From: Amoebophrya sp. A120
Lineage: Eukaryota; Protista; Dinoflagellata
Length of the DNA stretch: 64,000 bases
Direction of reading: 5' to 3'
Assembly (NCBI GenBank): GCA_905178155.1
Contig: CAJINV010000021.1
Span: 44,106 to 108,105, forward strand
A program made the position numbers and the translations under genes. Position 1 is the stretch's first letter, and the number at the start of each line of letters is the position of its first letter. Under the pieces are notes generated by a model. It saw only the letters and a list, made by a program, of their open reading frames with translations. It was not told the DNA's origin and did no database searches. This document shows, in pieces, positions 24,869 to 37,700 of this stretch.

Positions 24869-27800
24869 ATGAAGAGAAGGATAAGTTCGTTGTTTTTGGT
24901 TCGCTACGCCGCCGTGATTGTTTTTCTGCTGCTTTCTTGCGTTCCTGCTTTGTTGTGTCTTCCGAGTATAGTTACACTCGCCTTCCTTCTCTTTTTGCTT
25001 CACCGTGCAGTGGCGCTGCGCCCGAGGAGATGTTGGTCATCTCGTTCTCCACCAGGAGGAAACAAAACGTGTTCCATGGCAGCGGCAATGCTGGCTCTCG
25101 CGGCGACGTGGTCAGGTGGGATTGGGAGTCTAGCGCTCGTGGTCCCCGCAGAACCAGGCGGTGTTTCGTCCGGTGCGCAGTTGGAAGTGGAACACGAACC
25201 ACATCAAGAAGACGAAGGTGGTCAACATTTTTACGACGACGTAGCGACCGTTATCATCGCGGCGCCGCAGAGCAAGACCCAGAAACGGCTGCACATTCTG
25301 GAGCAAACGATGCAGTCAATTCGCCAAGCAAGTCCGAGGCTGGCGAATTCTTTGGTCCATGTGTGTTTCGACGGGAACGAGCTGCCGACGCTCAAGACCG
25401 CGGCGTACGTGCACATTCACAAGTCGCTTTGGTTCAACGCGACCCTGCGCGCAGAAAAATCGCTGAAGGAGTTGAAAAAAATTTCTGATGTAATGTGGGA
25501 AGCGGAAGATCGCTTTATCTCTCTAGACAGGAAAGGAAATCCCGAGTTCTATGGTGGCTACGTGGCCGTGAAAAACGGGACCCGCATGATCCGCGGCGCG
25601 CACCTCGACGAGCGTTGCCGCAAACCGTTTAACCACACGATATACCGGGATTTCAAGAGACGAGCAAAGATGTCGGCACGGAGAATTTTTGCGTCTAGTA
25701 CTACGTCGCGGCAGCTAATAAAGACGCGTAAAAATTACTATACTGGTTCAACTACACAACCACCACCGTCAGAACAACAGAGTTGTTCCAAGACATCTTC
25801 AGCAAATAAGTACTACATCGACGAAGCCTTCCTTGCCGCCCCAGCGCCATGGAAGTTGAGGAAGAAAGGGCTGAAATTCACCTTTTTTAGGGACGCACCC
25901 AACCTGCGGTTCGTCGAGCTCACGAAGCGGGGGTGTTTGGGCTCCACCCTGAACGCTTGTATGGCGGGGTTGCCGGACAGAATCAAGCTGGTGCACATGA
26001 TGCAGGCGGACATGCCGTTTCTGCGGCCGTTCAACGTGGACGAAACTTTGGGTCTGATGCGAAAAACGAGGCGGTGGCGCGATCAGTTGACAAGCGAGAT
26101 CAGGGCGCTGGAGGTGCAAAAATACCAACAAAATTCCGACGTGCACCGGTATTTCAAGCAGATAAGAGGTCTCGTGCAGGAGAAAAGGGAACAAATCAAG
26201 GCGATTCCGAACATCGAGCTCGTCCACTACGCACAAGGCCTCAACTGGATGCACGAGTCCTGGGGGGTGCAGGTGTGCCACGCGTTTTTGCCGAAGTACG
26301 TCGGAGAAAAGGTGATCACGTTGAAGAAGGACGACCACTTGTTCTCGCGCCGAACTGATCTCGATCTTCCGCATGACAAAATGACAAACACCTGCAGTGC
26401 CGCGCCCGATAGAAGTGGTCGTGGTGCCGCGACTTGTAGTTCCCCATCGTCTTCCGGCAGCCTCCGGCTGACCCGTTCCTCCGTCTTCAGCGACCAGTCG
26501 CACTTCATCCAGCGTGACTTCTACGACCGTTTTATCTGGCCGAAGCTGCGGAACCCGTTGGACATTGCGGGCGGTCTGGGCGTCTTTCCGGAAGACGGGG
26601 TGACTTGCGGTATCAACAAGACCTTCGGGATTTGGCACGTGGGCGACGTGTGGGACGGGGACTTCGCGGCGCATTTGGCGGCCACGGGGGAGTGGCGACG
26701 GGACTACAGCAGGGATCGCTTCCTGGTGAGCGGCGGAAGGAACGACGAGGACGAAATGACGACGAGCGAAGATATTAGTGTTCCTTCTGTACGTGACACG
26801 GGACGAGCGCCGGGGGTCGGTGTTGACGTTGTTCCTGCAACAAGAACAGAGCGCGCTCCAAATAGTAAATCTCTCAGCACGACGAGAGCTTCGTCGACAG
26901 CAGCCCCAACCGCCCACTCCTCTTCCCATTTCTGTGATGTGGTTCTGAAGCACAACATCACCCGACAGCGGTTCCTCGATTACGAGGTAGCGCTTGACGT
27001 CGAAAACGACACCGGTTCCGGCGACACTGCGGCCACCAACCCGAGGGCAACGTCTAGCAGTGATAGTGAAAGAACCGAGCAGGTGAAGGCTGTTTTAGAA
27101 AAGCTCACGTTCCCACATGAACACGAGGAACTGCCCTTGCAGAAAGAGATCAAGGTGTTCCACGTTGAAGCCTGCTGGGAGGTGGCGGAGCACCGGCGAA
27201 TCGAACAGGAAGCCATTGAGGAACACAGAAAGCGGTCGTTGGTTCCGGTGGTAGACGAAGCAGCAGAGAAGAAGGCCGCTAAGACGAATAGTGAAAAAGG
27301 AAAAGGGAAGTCGACAACGACCGATATAAAGACCAGCAGTAAAGAGGGAACGGCGAAGGGAGAGGGACGACGAGATGTGGCAAGAAGCGACGGAGGTTCT
27401 TTCGACAAGGAAGCAAAAGCGAAAAGTAAAACAAGTTCGGAACAAAATTACGAGGTGGGAACAAAGGAGCTAGCACCGCCGGCGGACAAAGGTATTAGTG
27501 GCGCATCAAGAGCAACCACAAGAAATTCAGACTTGATGCAGGTGCTGAACTTCACAACTTCGGTTGCAGAACCCGCGAAGATGAAACAAGTACTAGCGGA
27601 CGAAAACTCTGCGACAGCACCACCGGGTGTTCTTGACCACTTCTCCACAACAAAAACGAATGCCACCACGAGGATCACGACAACCCTCGCAGCGTCTTAT
27701 TACACGGGCTTCGAGGCTTCGGGGCAGTTTATTCTGCACGCGACGGAGCACGATGTGACGCACCCGAAGTACCCACACGGGACAAAGAACGTCGACGACT

Positions 27801-27883
27801 TTTGGCGGAAGTGGACGTGTTTGTTTTGCGAAGAGGTCGGGGAAGCGAGGAGGATCAGCTACGTGCACGAGGAGGGCTCTTGA
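24869..27883 (+). CDS. Membrane-anchored GT-A fold (GT2-like) glycosyltransferase, 1004 aa, intronless
   Basis: Hydrophobic N-terminus; VIIAAP, VHVCFDG, LVHMMQADMPFLRPFNV, FSDQSH motifs. Confidence 0.6.
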   Translation: MKRRISSLFLVRYAAVIVFLLLSCVPALLCLPSIVTLAFLLFLLHRAVALRPRRCWSSRSPPGGNKTCSMAAAMLALAATWSGGIGSLALVVPAEPGGVSSGAQLEVEHEPHQEDEGGQHFYDDVATVIIAAPQSKTQKRLHILEQTMQSIRQASPRLANSLVHVCFDGNELPTLKTAAYVHIHKSLWFNATLRAEKSLKELKKISDVMWEAEDRFISLDRKGNPEFYGGYVAVKNGTRMIRGAHLDERCRKPFNHTIYRDFKRRAKMSARRIFASSTTSRQLIKTRKNYYTGSTTQPPPSEQQSCSKTSSANKYYIDEAFLAAPAPWKLRKKGLKFTFFRDAPNLRFVELTKRGCLGSTLNACMAGLPDRIKLVHMMQADMPFLRPFNVDETLGLMRKTRRWRDQLTSEIRALEVQKYQQNSDVHRYFKQIRGLVQEKREQIKAIPNIELVHYAQGLNWMHESWGVQVCHAFLPKYVGEKVITLKKDDHLFSRRTDLDLPHDKMTNTCSAAPDRSGRGAATCSSPSSSGSLRLTRSSVFSDQSHFIQRDFYDRFIWPKLRNPLDIAGGLGVFPEDGVTCGINKTFGIWHVGDVWDGDFAAHLAATGEWRRDYSRDRFLVSGGRNDEDEMTTSEDISVPSVRDTGRAPGVGVDVVPATRTERAPNSKSLSTTRASSTAAPTAHSSSHFCDVVLKHNITRQRFLDYEVALDVENDTGSGDTAATNPRATSSSDSERTEQVKAVLEKLTFPHEHEELPLQKEIKVFHVEACWEVAEHRRIEQEAIEEHRKRSLVPVVDEAAEKKAAKTNSEKGKGKSTTTDIKTSSKEGTAKGEGRRDVARSDGGSFDKEAKAKSKTSSEQNYEVGTKELAPPADKGISGASRATTRNSDLMQVLNFTTSVAEPAKMKQVLADENSATAPPGVLDHFSTTKTNATTRITTTLAASYYTGFEASGQFILHATEHDVTHPKYPHGTKNVDDFWRKWTCLFCEEVGEARRISYVHEEGS

Positions 27884-27994
27884 CAAGTAGGAAGATGAAT
27901 TTGCTGTGGACCACAGGACTAAGTACTTGATCAAAAGATTACAAGGAATCCAAACCCGTAACCCTTACCCGGATTAGATACAAAGAAAAGTATA

Positions 27995-30900
27995 ATGTCT
28001 TCTGGACCAGGAGGACCAGAAGCACCAATATCCGAAGAGGGTTTCAATCTGTGGTTGAATTTGTCTCCCGCGCCTTGCTCTACATCTTCATTTAGGTGAG
28101 AAGTTCCATGAGAGCTGACGTACTTATCTTGAGCTTGCACACGAAAGATCTTTTTCTTTGGATCTTTCGTATAAACATGTGGATCGATCATGAACTCCTT
28201 GTGACAGGACGGCTTCCATCGTTTCCGTTCCAGATTATTCGTATAACGCTGATTTTTGGACGAACAATTGGAATTGCGTGGAGGATCATCACAGTACCAA
28301 CGCTTGTACAGTTGCTTTTTTTCGCAGATCACGACGATCATTTGACGATCATTACTTTCCTACGAGTCACGAGTTGCCACCAGTCACTTCGTTCACGACC
28401 ACCACCATGTTGGAACAGCACACAACTGTCGTCTCCAGTCCTGCCCCTCCTCCTCCTATCCCCTCCTCTTTCTCGCTGTCTCGCTACACTGCGAAACTGC
28501 CCGACTCGGCGGTCCACGAGGTGCAGCAATGGAACCGCGGGCTCTCGGCGGTGGACCGCCGGAGGAAGCTTTGTGCCATGAGCGAAAACCCATTCAAGTT
28601 CCTCCGGGGCGCGGACCATCTATGCATCCTGCAAAAGTTGTCGCGGTCGTGTAGTATCTATCGTAGACTAGTTTGAATTGCATCTTCGCAGGTTACAAAA
28701 AAAAATTGTTGTCAACGTGGAAAACGCAACTTGTAAAAATGCTCATATGAGAGAGATCTGTCTTCAATGTCATGCAAGATTGCAAGAGTTTTCTTACATA
28801 ACTAGTACTCATGCGATATTATTTTTGCACTGGATGCCACCTCTTTTTCGACGATTTTTCCTGCCCCGCGAAAGCCAGCAACTTGGAGGACGAGGGGCGA
28901 GTATCATCACCGCCGCAAGGACCAGCACGACCAGAGGAACTCGCAAGTGATGCGTTTTTAGCTTTCAAGCTGTGGACCCAGGGGGATTTGCACTTGGAGA
29001 ATCTCGGCAGCTGGAAAAACGCGAAGCGGCAGGTGGTGTTATGCACTGCAAAAGTATAATCGTACTCGTATAAATTGCATTCATGCATGACAAATCTTTT
29101 TCTAACCTGAAACAGCATTACAAATTCTACTTGTAGCGTTCTTGCCGGAATTTGTGATGCGATTTATACTAGTAAGTACGATACTTTTGCACAGGATAGG
29201 TGTACTCCATGAACGATTTTGACGAGAGTACGATTGCGGACTGGAGGTACGACATCTATCGGTTGGGAGTCAGCATCGTGCTGCAGCAAAACCGTTTGTC
29301 GCAGAAAGCGGAAAGAGAAGCCGGAGGAGCTTATTTCCGCACTGACAGAAACGTACGGGATGAAGAATTACAGGCACGGGAAGTGAAGATCCAAGCCTTC
29401 CTGCAAGCTTTCGCGGTGGGCTATTTCCAAGAATTTCCGATTTTGGTGGAAAAAAGCAAGAACAACCAGCAAATCCACTTCGACCGAGCGAGTATGGAAA
29501 CCAGTCCAGAGATCAGAGAGTACCTGCAAGAGTTGGAACAGTCCCCCCACGGGTTCCGGAGACGGAAACTTTTAGATAAATGGGCCCCGGTGGACGCGTC
29601 TGTTGGCGATCGGAGGTTCAGGAAAAAGAACTTTGCGAAATTGTCCAAAGCGCCAGAATATGTATTGCAAAAGAACTATCGTGCTCGCACGAAGTAATTG
29701 AAATTTTTGCATGAAGTACAAATTCTCTCAGCATGACGAAAAATGAAATTAGTCTGTCATGCTGAAAAATTTCAAGTGCCTAAGATTTGTCATGCGGTAC
29801 TGCAATTACTAGAAGTGCGATAGAGGTACTCTTGCAAAGGATACAGAAGAGATCCGGAACATGGTGATTACGTCCATGGTATGCATTGCAAATATGTCTG
29901 GGTCTGGATGATTGCCAGGCTTGTCATGCATCTTTTGCAGCCTGACCCATGGCGCCTGTAATGCATGCCCTAGCATCACCGATTTTTACAGCGCTTCCTG
30001 ATGCTTAGTCCGCATGACAAATGCCCTCCCCGCGTAGCACAAACTGGACTCTCCTGCTCGTCCTCATGCAACACAGATTTTTTTGGAATCCAAAGACAGC
30101 ATCACAAGTTACGATCTTCCAGACCCAGACATATTTGCAACGCATACATGGACACGTATTATGCGAGTCTCACGCCCGAGGCGAGGCTGCAATTACCCGT
30201 GATCGAGTTTCTCGGGTTCAAGTATCCCAGAGAAACAAGCTGGCCGCGGGTCATATTTGTAATTGAGAAACTGAAACACTAAGACTCAATGCACGAAAAA
30301 TCAAGATCATGTCTTACCTGAAGCAAACAGCACGCGATGGGTTTCTTGCGCGTGACACCTTTCTCTGCGTACGTATTTTTGCATACTTAACAGAGAGGGT
30401 CCTCGACCTGCCGGCTTTTTTCTTTTGGATACGGAGGACGTGGCGCTGCGGAACCTGCAAGGAACCGGCAGTCTCGGTGCAGGAAGGTATTACCTGCTTC
30501 TGGACGGACCGACCTCCTCGCTGGACGATGATATCATCCTGGAATTGAAGCAGCAAGCGCGACCCTCTGGTTTGTTCTGGCTAGGGTTTGACGCGTTGCG
30601 GGATTACGTGCAGGGGTTTCGCGATAACGACGCGGCGCGGCACAACACCGGTTACCACCGACTAACGCAGATATCCAACGCAAAAGTGAGTATTGCGCTC
30701 GTACTAATTATGGCAGTCCTTCATGACAGAGCCATGGCGATGGCCTTGGGGCAATCAGCTGCATTAGAAATTGCATTTTTTATTTTTAGCCCTCTCGGAA
30801 AGGAAAGAATAACAAATGTGTTGCAGCTGCAATTTACACTAATATCAAGTAGGTAAAGTACGTGCGCGATACATTAACATTTGCATTGCATAGTAAGACG

Positions 30901-32589
30901 CGGATCCGTATTTGGGGTATTTCATCGATGCCGCACCGGGGATCACCTACGCAGTGCGCGAGCTGTCCCCGTACAAGACGGATTTTCCCTTCAAGAAATT
31001 TTTCGGCCAGGAGCAGGCGTTTCTGCGGATCTACGCGCAGATTGGCCGGATTGTCGCCCGGTCGCACTTTCTGTCTTCCAACGGGACGATTGCGGAGTTT
31101 TTTGCGGAGAAGGAAATGGTGCAGCAGGGTACAGCGGGTCCTGGGGATACTCAAAAAAGCACCGAAGGACCTGCAGGCGTGAACCTCCTCGACAAGATGA
31201 ACAATTACACAGCTATTACACTAAATACCGGCACCAGGGGCGCAACTGTCGCAAAGACCATGAACATTTGGATCGAGGAGAAATTCATACCGGTATCTTT
31301 AAATTACGCCGCGCAAACGGGAAAATACTTTTCTGCCTTCAAAACGTTCGTCGACACCGTGGAGGGATTTAACTGCTCCAACACTTTATCCTCTGCAAAA
31401 GTAAGAATGACGTCGCGTACTACCTGTGGATGTCGATGTGATCCTGGTTGCGATAGTGCATCACAAGCGTAGTAGTTCCCAAGGCAAAGCAGCAACACAA
31501 TTTTTTTCGGTCTTCCTCGCGCGGAAACTATCGATTTGGGGGGTTATTTACAACAGAGACAGCTAGTCAGTACGCGCAATGCTTTTGCAGTGCATACACT
31601 CTGGGCGAAATCACGTACGCGGACGGGTACATCTGGGGAGCGTCAAACTACTTCACCAAAAGCTCGGCGAAGTATGTGAGTGCACAAATCCCCTGTCCCA
31701 CCATTTGCCATGCAAAATCCCAAACCCACGTGCTGCCCTCTGGCACTCTTCGCATGAGAAATTCCGGATGAAGCCGAAACTTTGTTACTTATGCACAGGG
31801 TTCTCGTGTGGGTTTGGTGGCTTTTGTACGAAATTGTATTGGTCAGTGTTCATGATCATGCGATGCCTATGCCTTACAACAAATCAATGGAAATGAAGAG
31901 GGGGAGTTGTTTTTGTTCCCTCTCATACGAAGGCGGCGGCGGGCGACGGTGGCGTGGTGCCCAGGACTGCGCCGGAAAACAACAGCACAAGGGCGGGTGC
32001 ATGCACTTCTGGAGCGGTTTTTTCGGACGGATTAAGTAGGACCTCTTCAAACTCCAGGGAAAGCAGTGGAAGTTCTAGCACTTTCGGAAGCAGTACGACG
32101 CACGAGCATGTGGAGAGTGGAACACAGGAAGAACATCACCAAGGTACTAGGGGGAACTCACGCCAGGAAAAGAACGCCAACAAGAACGCCGCGCCTGCAG
32201 CGCCGCCGCGGGTCACAGTGCCGCAGAAGTACGATCACGATGCGAATTTTACGAACGCCGGCATTCCGCTCACGAATCCAGGAGGAAGTGAAAGAGCAAG
32301 TCCAGCAGCATCCACGAGCGGAACGGGCACGGCGGGGCAAATGAGCACTTTGGTGGAACTGAAGGCGTTGCAACGCGAAATCAGCGAGACACAGTACACC
32401 ATGGGCGGAGGTTTTTTCCTCCTGTTCCTGCTCTTCTTCTCTCTCTTGCTCCGGCCGCGGGTCATGCTGGGATTGGGTAGTCGGGAACCGTATGGTGAAA
32501 CGAGTAGAAACTTTGCACAACCTTCTGGAAGGGACAATGAGGATGACGACAACGTCGTGTTTCACACGGATCAGTATACGCGATTATGA
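27995..32589 (+). CDS. DUF2252 (kinase-like) domain protein with C-terminal TM helix; 8 introners
   Basis: MSENPFKFLRGADHLF, LWTQGDLHLENLG, VYSMNDFDE, DWRYDIYRLGVSI, DVALRNLQGTGSLGAGRYYLLL, DDIILELKQ. The start could be 27995 (via GT-AG intron 28096..28327) or 28407. Confidence 0.85.
28621..28836. mobile_element. Introner family C, degenerate
   Basis: TSD CCATC/CCACC; join D-H-L-F-F-D. Confidence 0.75.
29040..29198. mobile_element. Introner family C
   Basis: TSD GGTGT/GGTGT; close relative of 23723..23872; join V-V-Y-S-M-N-D-F-D-E. Confidence 0.95.
29659..29843. mobile_element. Introner family C-related
   Basis: TSD CAGAA/CAGAA; join P-E-E-I-R. Confidence 0.85.
29880..30146. mobile_element. 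Introner family A
   Basis: TSD CATGG/CATGG; join T-S-M-D-T-Y. Confidence 0.95.
30223..30431. mobile_element. Introner family D
   Basis: TATCCCAGAGAAACAAGCTGGC...GCCGGCTTTTTTCTTTTGGATA; flanks TCAAG/CGGAG; join F-K-D-V-A. Confidence 0.8.
30672..30892. mobile_element. Introner family C-related
   Basis: TATCCAACGCAAAAG...TTTGCATTGCATA; join T-Q-D-A-D-P-Y-L-G. Confidence 0.75.
31387..31596. mobile_element. Introner family C
   Basis: TATCCTCTGCAAAAG...CTTTTGCAGTGCATA; TSD CACTT/CACTC. Confidence 0.85.
31673..31927. mobile_element. Introner, unassigned family
   Basis: TATGTGAG...CTCTCATA; TSD CGAAG/CGAAG; joins to ORF 31954 in frame. Confidence 0.8.
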
Positions 32590-33240
32590 ATTGTGAGCAG
32601 CGTTTCCATTTCCATTTGCATTTGCATTGTTCAGACTCGGCGATCGTGATGCTTTCCGCCTGAATACTTACGGTAAGGACGCCGGTCACGGTGCTGACTA
32701 CTTCCTGTCATCCGGAACGAAAAGTACGCTGCAGACAGTGGTTGAGCGAAAAAAAAAAAGGTTCTGTGAAAACGAGAGCGAAGTAGCTGGTTGAAACAGC
32801 GAGAGAGATCCAGATAGTACACTAGCAGTATCTGCATGATCAGCAAGACGAGGGTTAGTGGTGCCAGCATCAAGAACGAAATCCACCACCTTGAGCGAGT
32901 TGTTGTTTCTGTTGACTAGTTGTGCCGACAAGAGGACACGAGCACCTCAGAGCAACCTGGGTTGGTAAGACAATCTAGTGCTCCTATTCTGTATTGATCG
33001 GTGTGAGTAGACGATGAACTATTCTGGCGTGAGCGGATTCTTTGATATTGTGATTGTCGGTACTGCTCTTTGAGCCTGGCGAAGTCCAAGCAAGACTGAT
33101 AACTCACTCTGCCTCTCTTCGCGCGAGTGATATCTCGAACGGAAGTTCACTTCGAACACGTCGGTCTTTGGCAATACAAACTCCTGGTGGCTATCATTCA
33201 TCTAGTATTTACTTAGACAAATTTATCATTATCAACCTGT

Positions 33241-34112
33241 GAAGAAAAGAAAGTGACAAGGCCCTTCGAATTGTCGGTCTGGTCTTCGTGTGAATCGTAG
33301 AACTACGTTGCACTTCGTAAAGTAGTGGTGATAGGTTGCGAACGTCTGGGCTTCGATTTTTTCAGGATCCGCTTTTTTTGTTTGGGCTTGCTCGTGATGC
33401 TTGCATGAGAGAGCTCCCATTTCTGGTGGAGGCGCCGCCCTGGTTGCGGTTTTGGGTGGACACAGCTCTCTCATGTCGGAGCACCGGTATGCCGCTGGGG
33501 GGTGCAGCTTGCTCTTTGCAGCTTGCTGAATCTGTCCGGATTGGCGCAGCAGAGGCTGGCTTTGCCGCCTCTTCCCTGCGTTTCACTTCCACGCGCATAA
33601 GGATCTCCAGGGCCGTGCACCACGTTCGGCCTCTTGACTTTAGACGCATGCCGTACGTCTGTCCCTCATGCAGCATGGGCCCCGACTCATGTTGCATGTT
33701 GTAACTGCCCTGCGCCGCGGCCCTTTCGTTGCGCCTTCTATCGCCACTCCATTCTCGAAAGGCCTATCTCTGTATGACAAGCGCTGTAGCAGTACTAGTG
33801 GCTATCCTTATCCTTATGCCATCTTAACTTACGACTTTGCTTTGCTCTGTTTCCTTAATTACTTACTTAATGATGATGGTCTGAGCTGCAGACCACTGGG
33901 TCGCCGCAGCGTAGTGCTTGCGCGCACCATTAGAAGTGCGTTAGCACGCCCTGCTTTTCTTGCGCGCACCATCAGAAGTGCGCTGGTGCCAATCGTGTTT
34001 CTGCGCGCACCATCAGAAGTGCGTTGAAGTGCGAGGGTCGTGAGTGAGTGAGTGAATGTTTTTCATTAAGAGGCCGTCGCGCCACCCGGACGTCCTGCCG
34101 GTAGACCACCAA
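33241..34112. mobile_element. 872-bp intergenic insertion with 17-bp TSD, retroposon-like
   Basis: TATCATTATCAACCTGT at 33224..33240 and 34113..34129; internal 3x TGCGCGCACCAT.AGAAGTGCG and (GAGT)n. Confidence 0.65.
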
Positions 34113-34712
34113 TATCATTATCAACCTGTACTTAACCAAGCGCCACCCTCCCTGAGGTCACCTCTTCATACTCCACCAACTACTTATTTGAACGGCCTGA
34201 TTCGGCCTTCTTAGAGTTTCATAGACTACAAAGCCACTAACTTTATCAACAATTTTAGTACTAATTTTCCCCTGCTCGAAAGTGATTAAGGTTTATTTAC
34301 ACGAGCTGTTTCTACTTCATATTCATACGCGCTTGCTATACCAATTTTGTCCTTTTCCGAACTTCGGGTGAGGGTCCTTATTTCTTCTCCAACGAATATA
34401 TCAATCGAGAATCCACTGAGGCTTGGCACTTACTCATTTACGACTACATAGTCGACTGTACTTCTGCTCAGCAGGTTCGGCCCAACTTAAATTTTCCTCA
34501 CTGTAAATAGTTTGTAAGTTCTTGTTGTGTGCTGCTGTGTCCACCCAGTGCTAAAGATATCTAGTATTCAATCGTAACACAGACCACGTCGTAGAAAAAA
34601 AAAGGTACACGACGAGGAGGTGAAAGACACGGAAAAATCCTGTCCATGATATCTTGTTGAGATAATTTTCTTTTTGATCCGCTATAATTAAAGATAAATC
34701 AAAGTTGAAATT

Positions 34713-37700
34713 ATGTCGGATCCCCGCGGGTACCACAATTGCGCGATTGCGCGGCTCGAGGAGGAGCTCGAGACCGACTGCACCAAGGGTGTTACCCCGG
34801 AAAAGGCCGCGGAAAAGTTTGCCCGGGATGGGCCCAACGAGCTGTTCAAGCCCAAGCCCCCGACGCTGTTCATGCTTTTCATCGCGCAAATGCTGAACGT
34901 GATTATGCTGCTCCTCTCCGCCTCCGCCTGCGCTTCCCTGGTGATCGCGGGCACGAGGAGTAACCCCGAGCCGATCCACTTCGTGGAGGGGATTGCCATT
35001 TTCGTGATCGTCTTCCTCAACGCCGGCATCGCGGCCGTCACGGAGTCGGTGGCCAACCAGGCACTGGAAGCGCTGTCCAAGATGTCGCAGGCGACGTGCA
35101 CCGTGATCCGGAACGGGGAGGAGGTGGAAATTGACAGCGTGAAGGTGGTCGTCGGGGACCTGGTCGTACTGAAAATCGGGGACATAGTGCCGGCAGACCT
35201 CCGTATGCTGGAGAGCAACGAGCTGAAGGTCAACGAAATGCTGCTCACGGGAGAACCTGACGACGTAGCAAAGAAGGTTTTCAAATTCGTCGAGACAGGT
35301 ATCTTCACCTTATAAAGTCAACATTGTAGATAGAAGGTGTTATGATCATGATCGACATGGTCGCATCCAAGTACGAGGGCAACGTATTTTTGTCATGATA
35401 TTAGATGCACAAGAACGCGAGATTGTGATTGATATAATCAATGAAGACAGAGTGTCGTCCAGCGATTTCGGAAACAAGAAACCGAGTGGTATTTGAATAA
35501 ATATAAAACGAAATACTTATCAACCTTAAAGGTGTGGACGCCCGCGATAGCGGCGCCGAGCACGGCGGCGAGGAGAAGCTGACGCCAGCGTCGATGGCCT
35601 TTTCCTCCTGCCAGGTGACGAACGGTAAGGCAATAGGCGTTGTCACGGACATCGGGATGGCCACCCGAGTCGGCGCCATCGCGCTGATGCTGCAGTCCAA
35701 AAAGGAGGGTTCGGACAAGGGCTGCCTGCCGGACACCACCAGCAACATGACCCCGCTGCAGCAATCGCTGCAAGATTTGGGGGTCTTAATCGGGTATCTG
35801 GCGATCGGCGTGTGCGCGCTGGTCTTCGTAGTTGGGTGGGCCATCGATAGCAAGGACGAAACCGATCCCAGCAAGGAATCCTGGCTGTAAGGAGTGTTGT
35901 TTTTGTTTGTAAGTGCAGATAATTTATTTTCTGTTGAAATCTGAATAGGAGTGGAGATCAGCAAAGTAAGTTCCACGGCCGCGGAGAAGTACATCTTGTA
36001 GGTAGCTAATTTGCGAACTTGATGCGATGAAGATCCTGATTTCGAGTGTGCTACTTATTTTGCTTCCTGAAACGACCGCAACCAATCATGTGAAGAATAT
36101 CTTTTCAGGTACATGATCCTCGTTTCCGTGACGCTTGCGGTGGCCGCGATCCCCGAGGGCATCCCGCTGTGCGTGACCATTTCCCTCTCCTCTGGGGCCA
36201 ACACCATGGTGCAAAGGAATGTGTTGGTCACCAGGTTAGCCGCGGTGGAGACGCTCGGGTCGGCCAGCGTGATCTGCACGGACAAGACCGGGACGCTGAC
36301 GGAGGGAAAGATGACGCTGGTCAAAATGTGGTCCGCGGAGAAGCTCTACGACGTGTCCGGGCAGGGCTTCGACCCCAACGTGGGGAAGGTGTACCCGGCC
36401 GACGACCCGATGGAGATTCCCCATTCCATCTCCGGGATTAACGTGGGTGGCATGGACCACATGCCAAACCTGAAAAAGGACGTCAGCACAGCAAAGATGG
36501 GCGGAAACCAGCTGGTAAGTATGGATACTAGTACTTTGCTTTTTTCTGTCATATCAAAATCGATACCACGAGGCTGGTGGAACATCAAGTCGGGTAAACA
36601 TTAGTACCCAGAAGTACTAGGATTCGTGATGAGTCAAATATTGGCTCCCGTACACTTGTGTTCTTCGAAAACAGTGCTACGTATACATCTATCCATGTTG
36701 TTGTTCCTTCCCCGTACAATTATAGGTGCTCCCCTCCGCGACCCCCGGTTTGAAAAAGTCGGACAGTGGCAAGGAAGAGCCGACGGTCCGGTCGACGTTG
36801 CTCGCGGGTTTGCTGTGCAGCAACACGTATGGAATGCAAATATGTCTGGGTCTGGAAGGATGTTGTAACCTGTGATGCGCATTGGCATTTCAGAACACAC
36901 AAAAATCTCTCATGCATAGGTATCAAAAGCTGCTCACTTTCTGTCACCAAAATGGGGGATTTGTCATGCGGGTTCGGCATTGCGGAAGCGAAGCTTTTCA
37001 AAACCTGTGATGCTAGAGCTTCCATGCCAGACCTTCTGTGTCATGCAGAAACAGCATAACCGTTCCAGACCCAGACATTTTTGCATTTGATAACACCTCT
37101 TTATCGCAGGACCCGGTGTCCAACCAGTGGGTCCCGAAGGGGAACTCGTCCGAGGCACCGTTGGTTGTCGCCGCGGCAAAAGTCGGGTTCTGGGAGAAGG
37201 ACATTTCCGCCGCGTTTCCGCGGCTGTTGGAGATCCCCTTCAATTCGTCCAGAAAAATGATGTTGACAATATCAGAAGTGCCAGGTATAAGTGGAATTTT
37301 CATATTGTGTTCGTGCACTTTTGCACCTATCACAGAATGATCTATGCAGCAGGACAATTGATAAACGAAGAAGATGTAGATGACTCTATTGAAGATTTGA
37401 GTGGGTTAGTTCTGTCTCTGTTTGAAATATAGTGAATGGAATTCCAAACGAAAATTTTGGTTGAAGAACATGAAAAAACTACAGCCGGGACCGACCCTCG
37501 GAGACAGCGGGATTTTTTCGCGTTTTTGCAGCTTTTTTGCTGTGTTTTGCATATTTTTTTGTGTTTTGCCGGGTGGGTCTCATTCGAGTTGGTTCCCCCC
37601 AGCCAATGGCAGGCGAACTTGTTCTCCAACAATTGGCGGGAGAAAACTCGACCGAAGACCGGGGAAACACAAGAAAAAGAAGCAAAACGCGAAAAAAAGC

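Noticed and set aside
33915-34030. Spaced 22-bp repeats resembling a CRISPR array
   Set aside because: Only three units with similar spacers, eukaryotic context and no cas genes.
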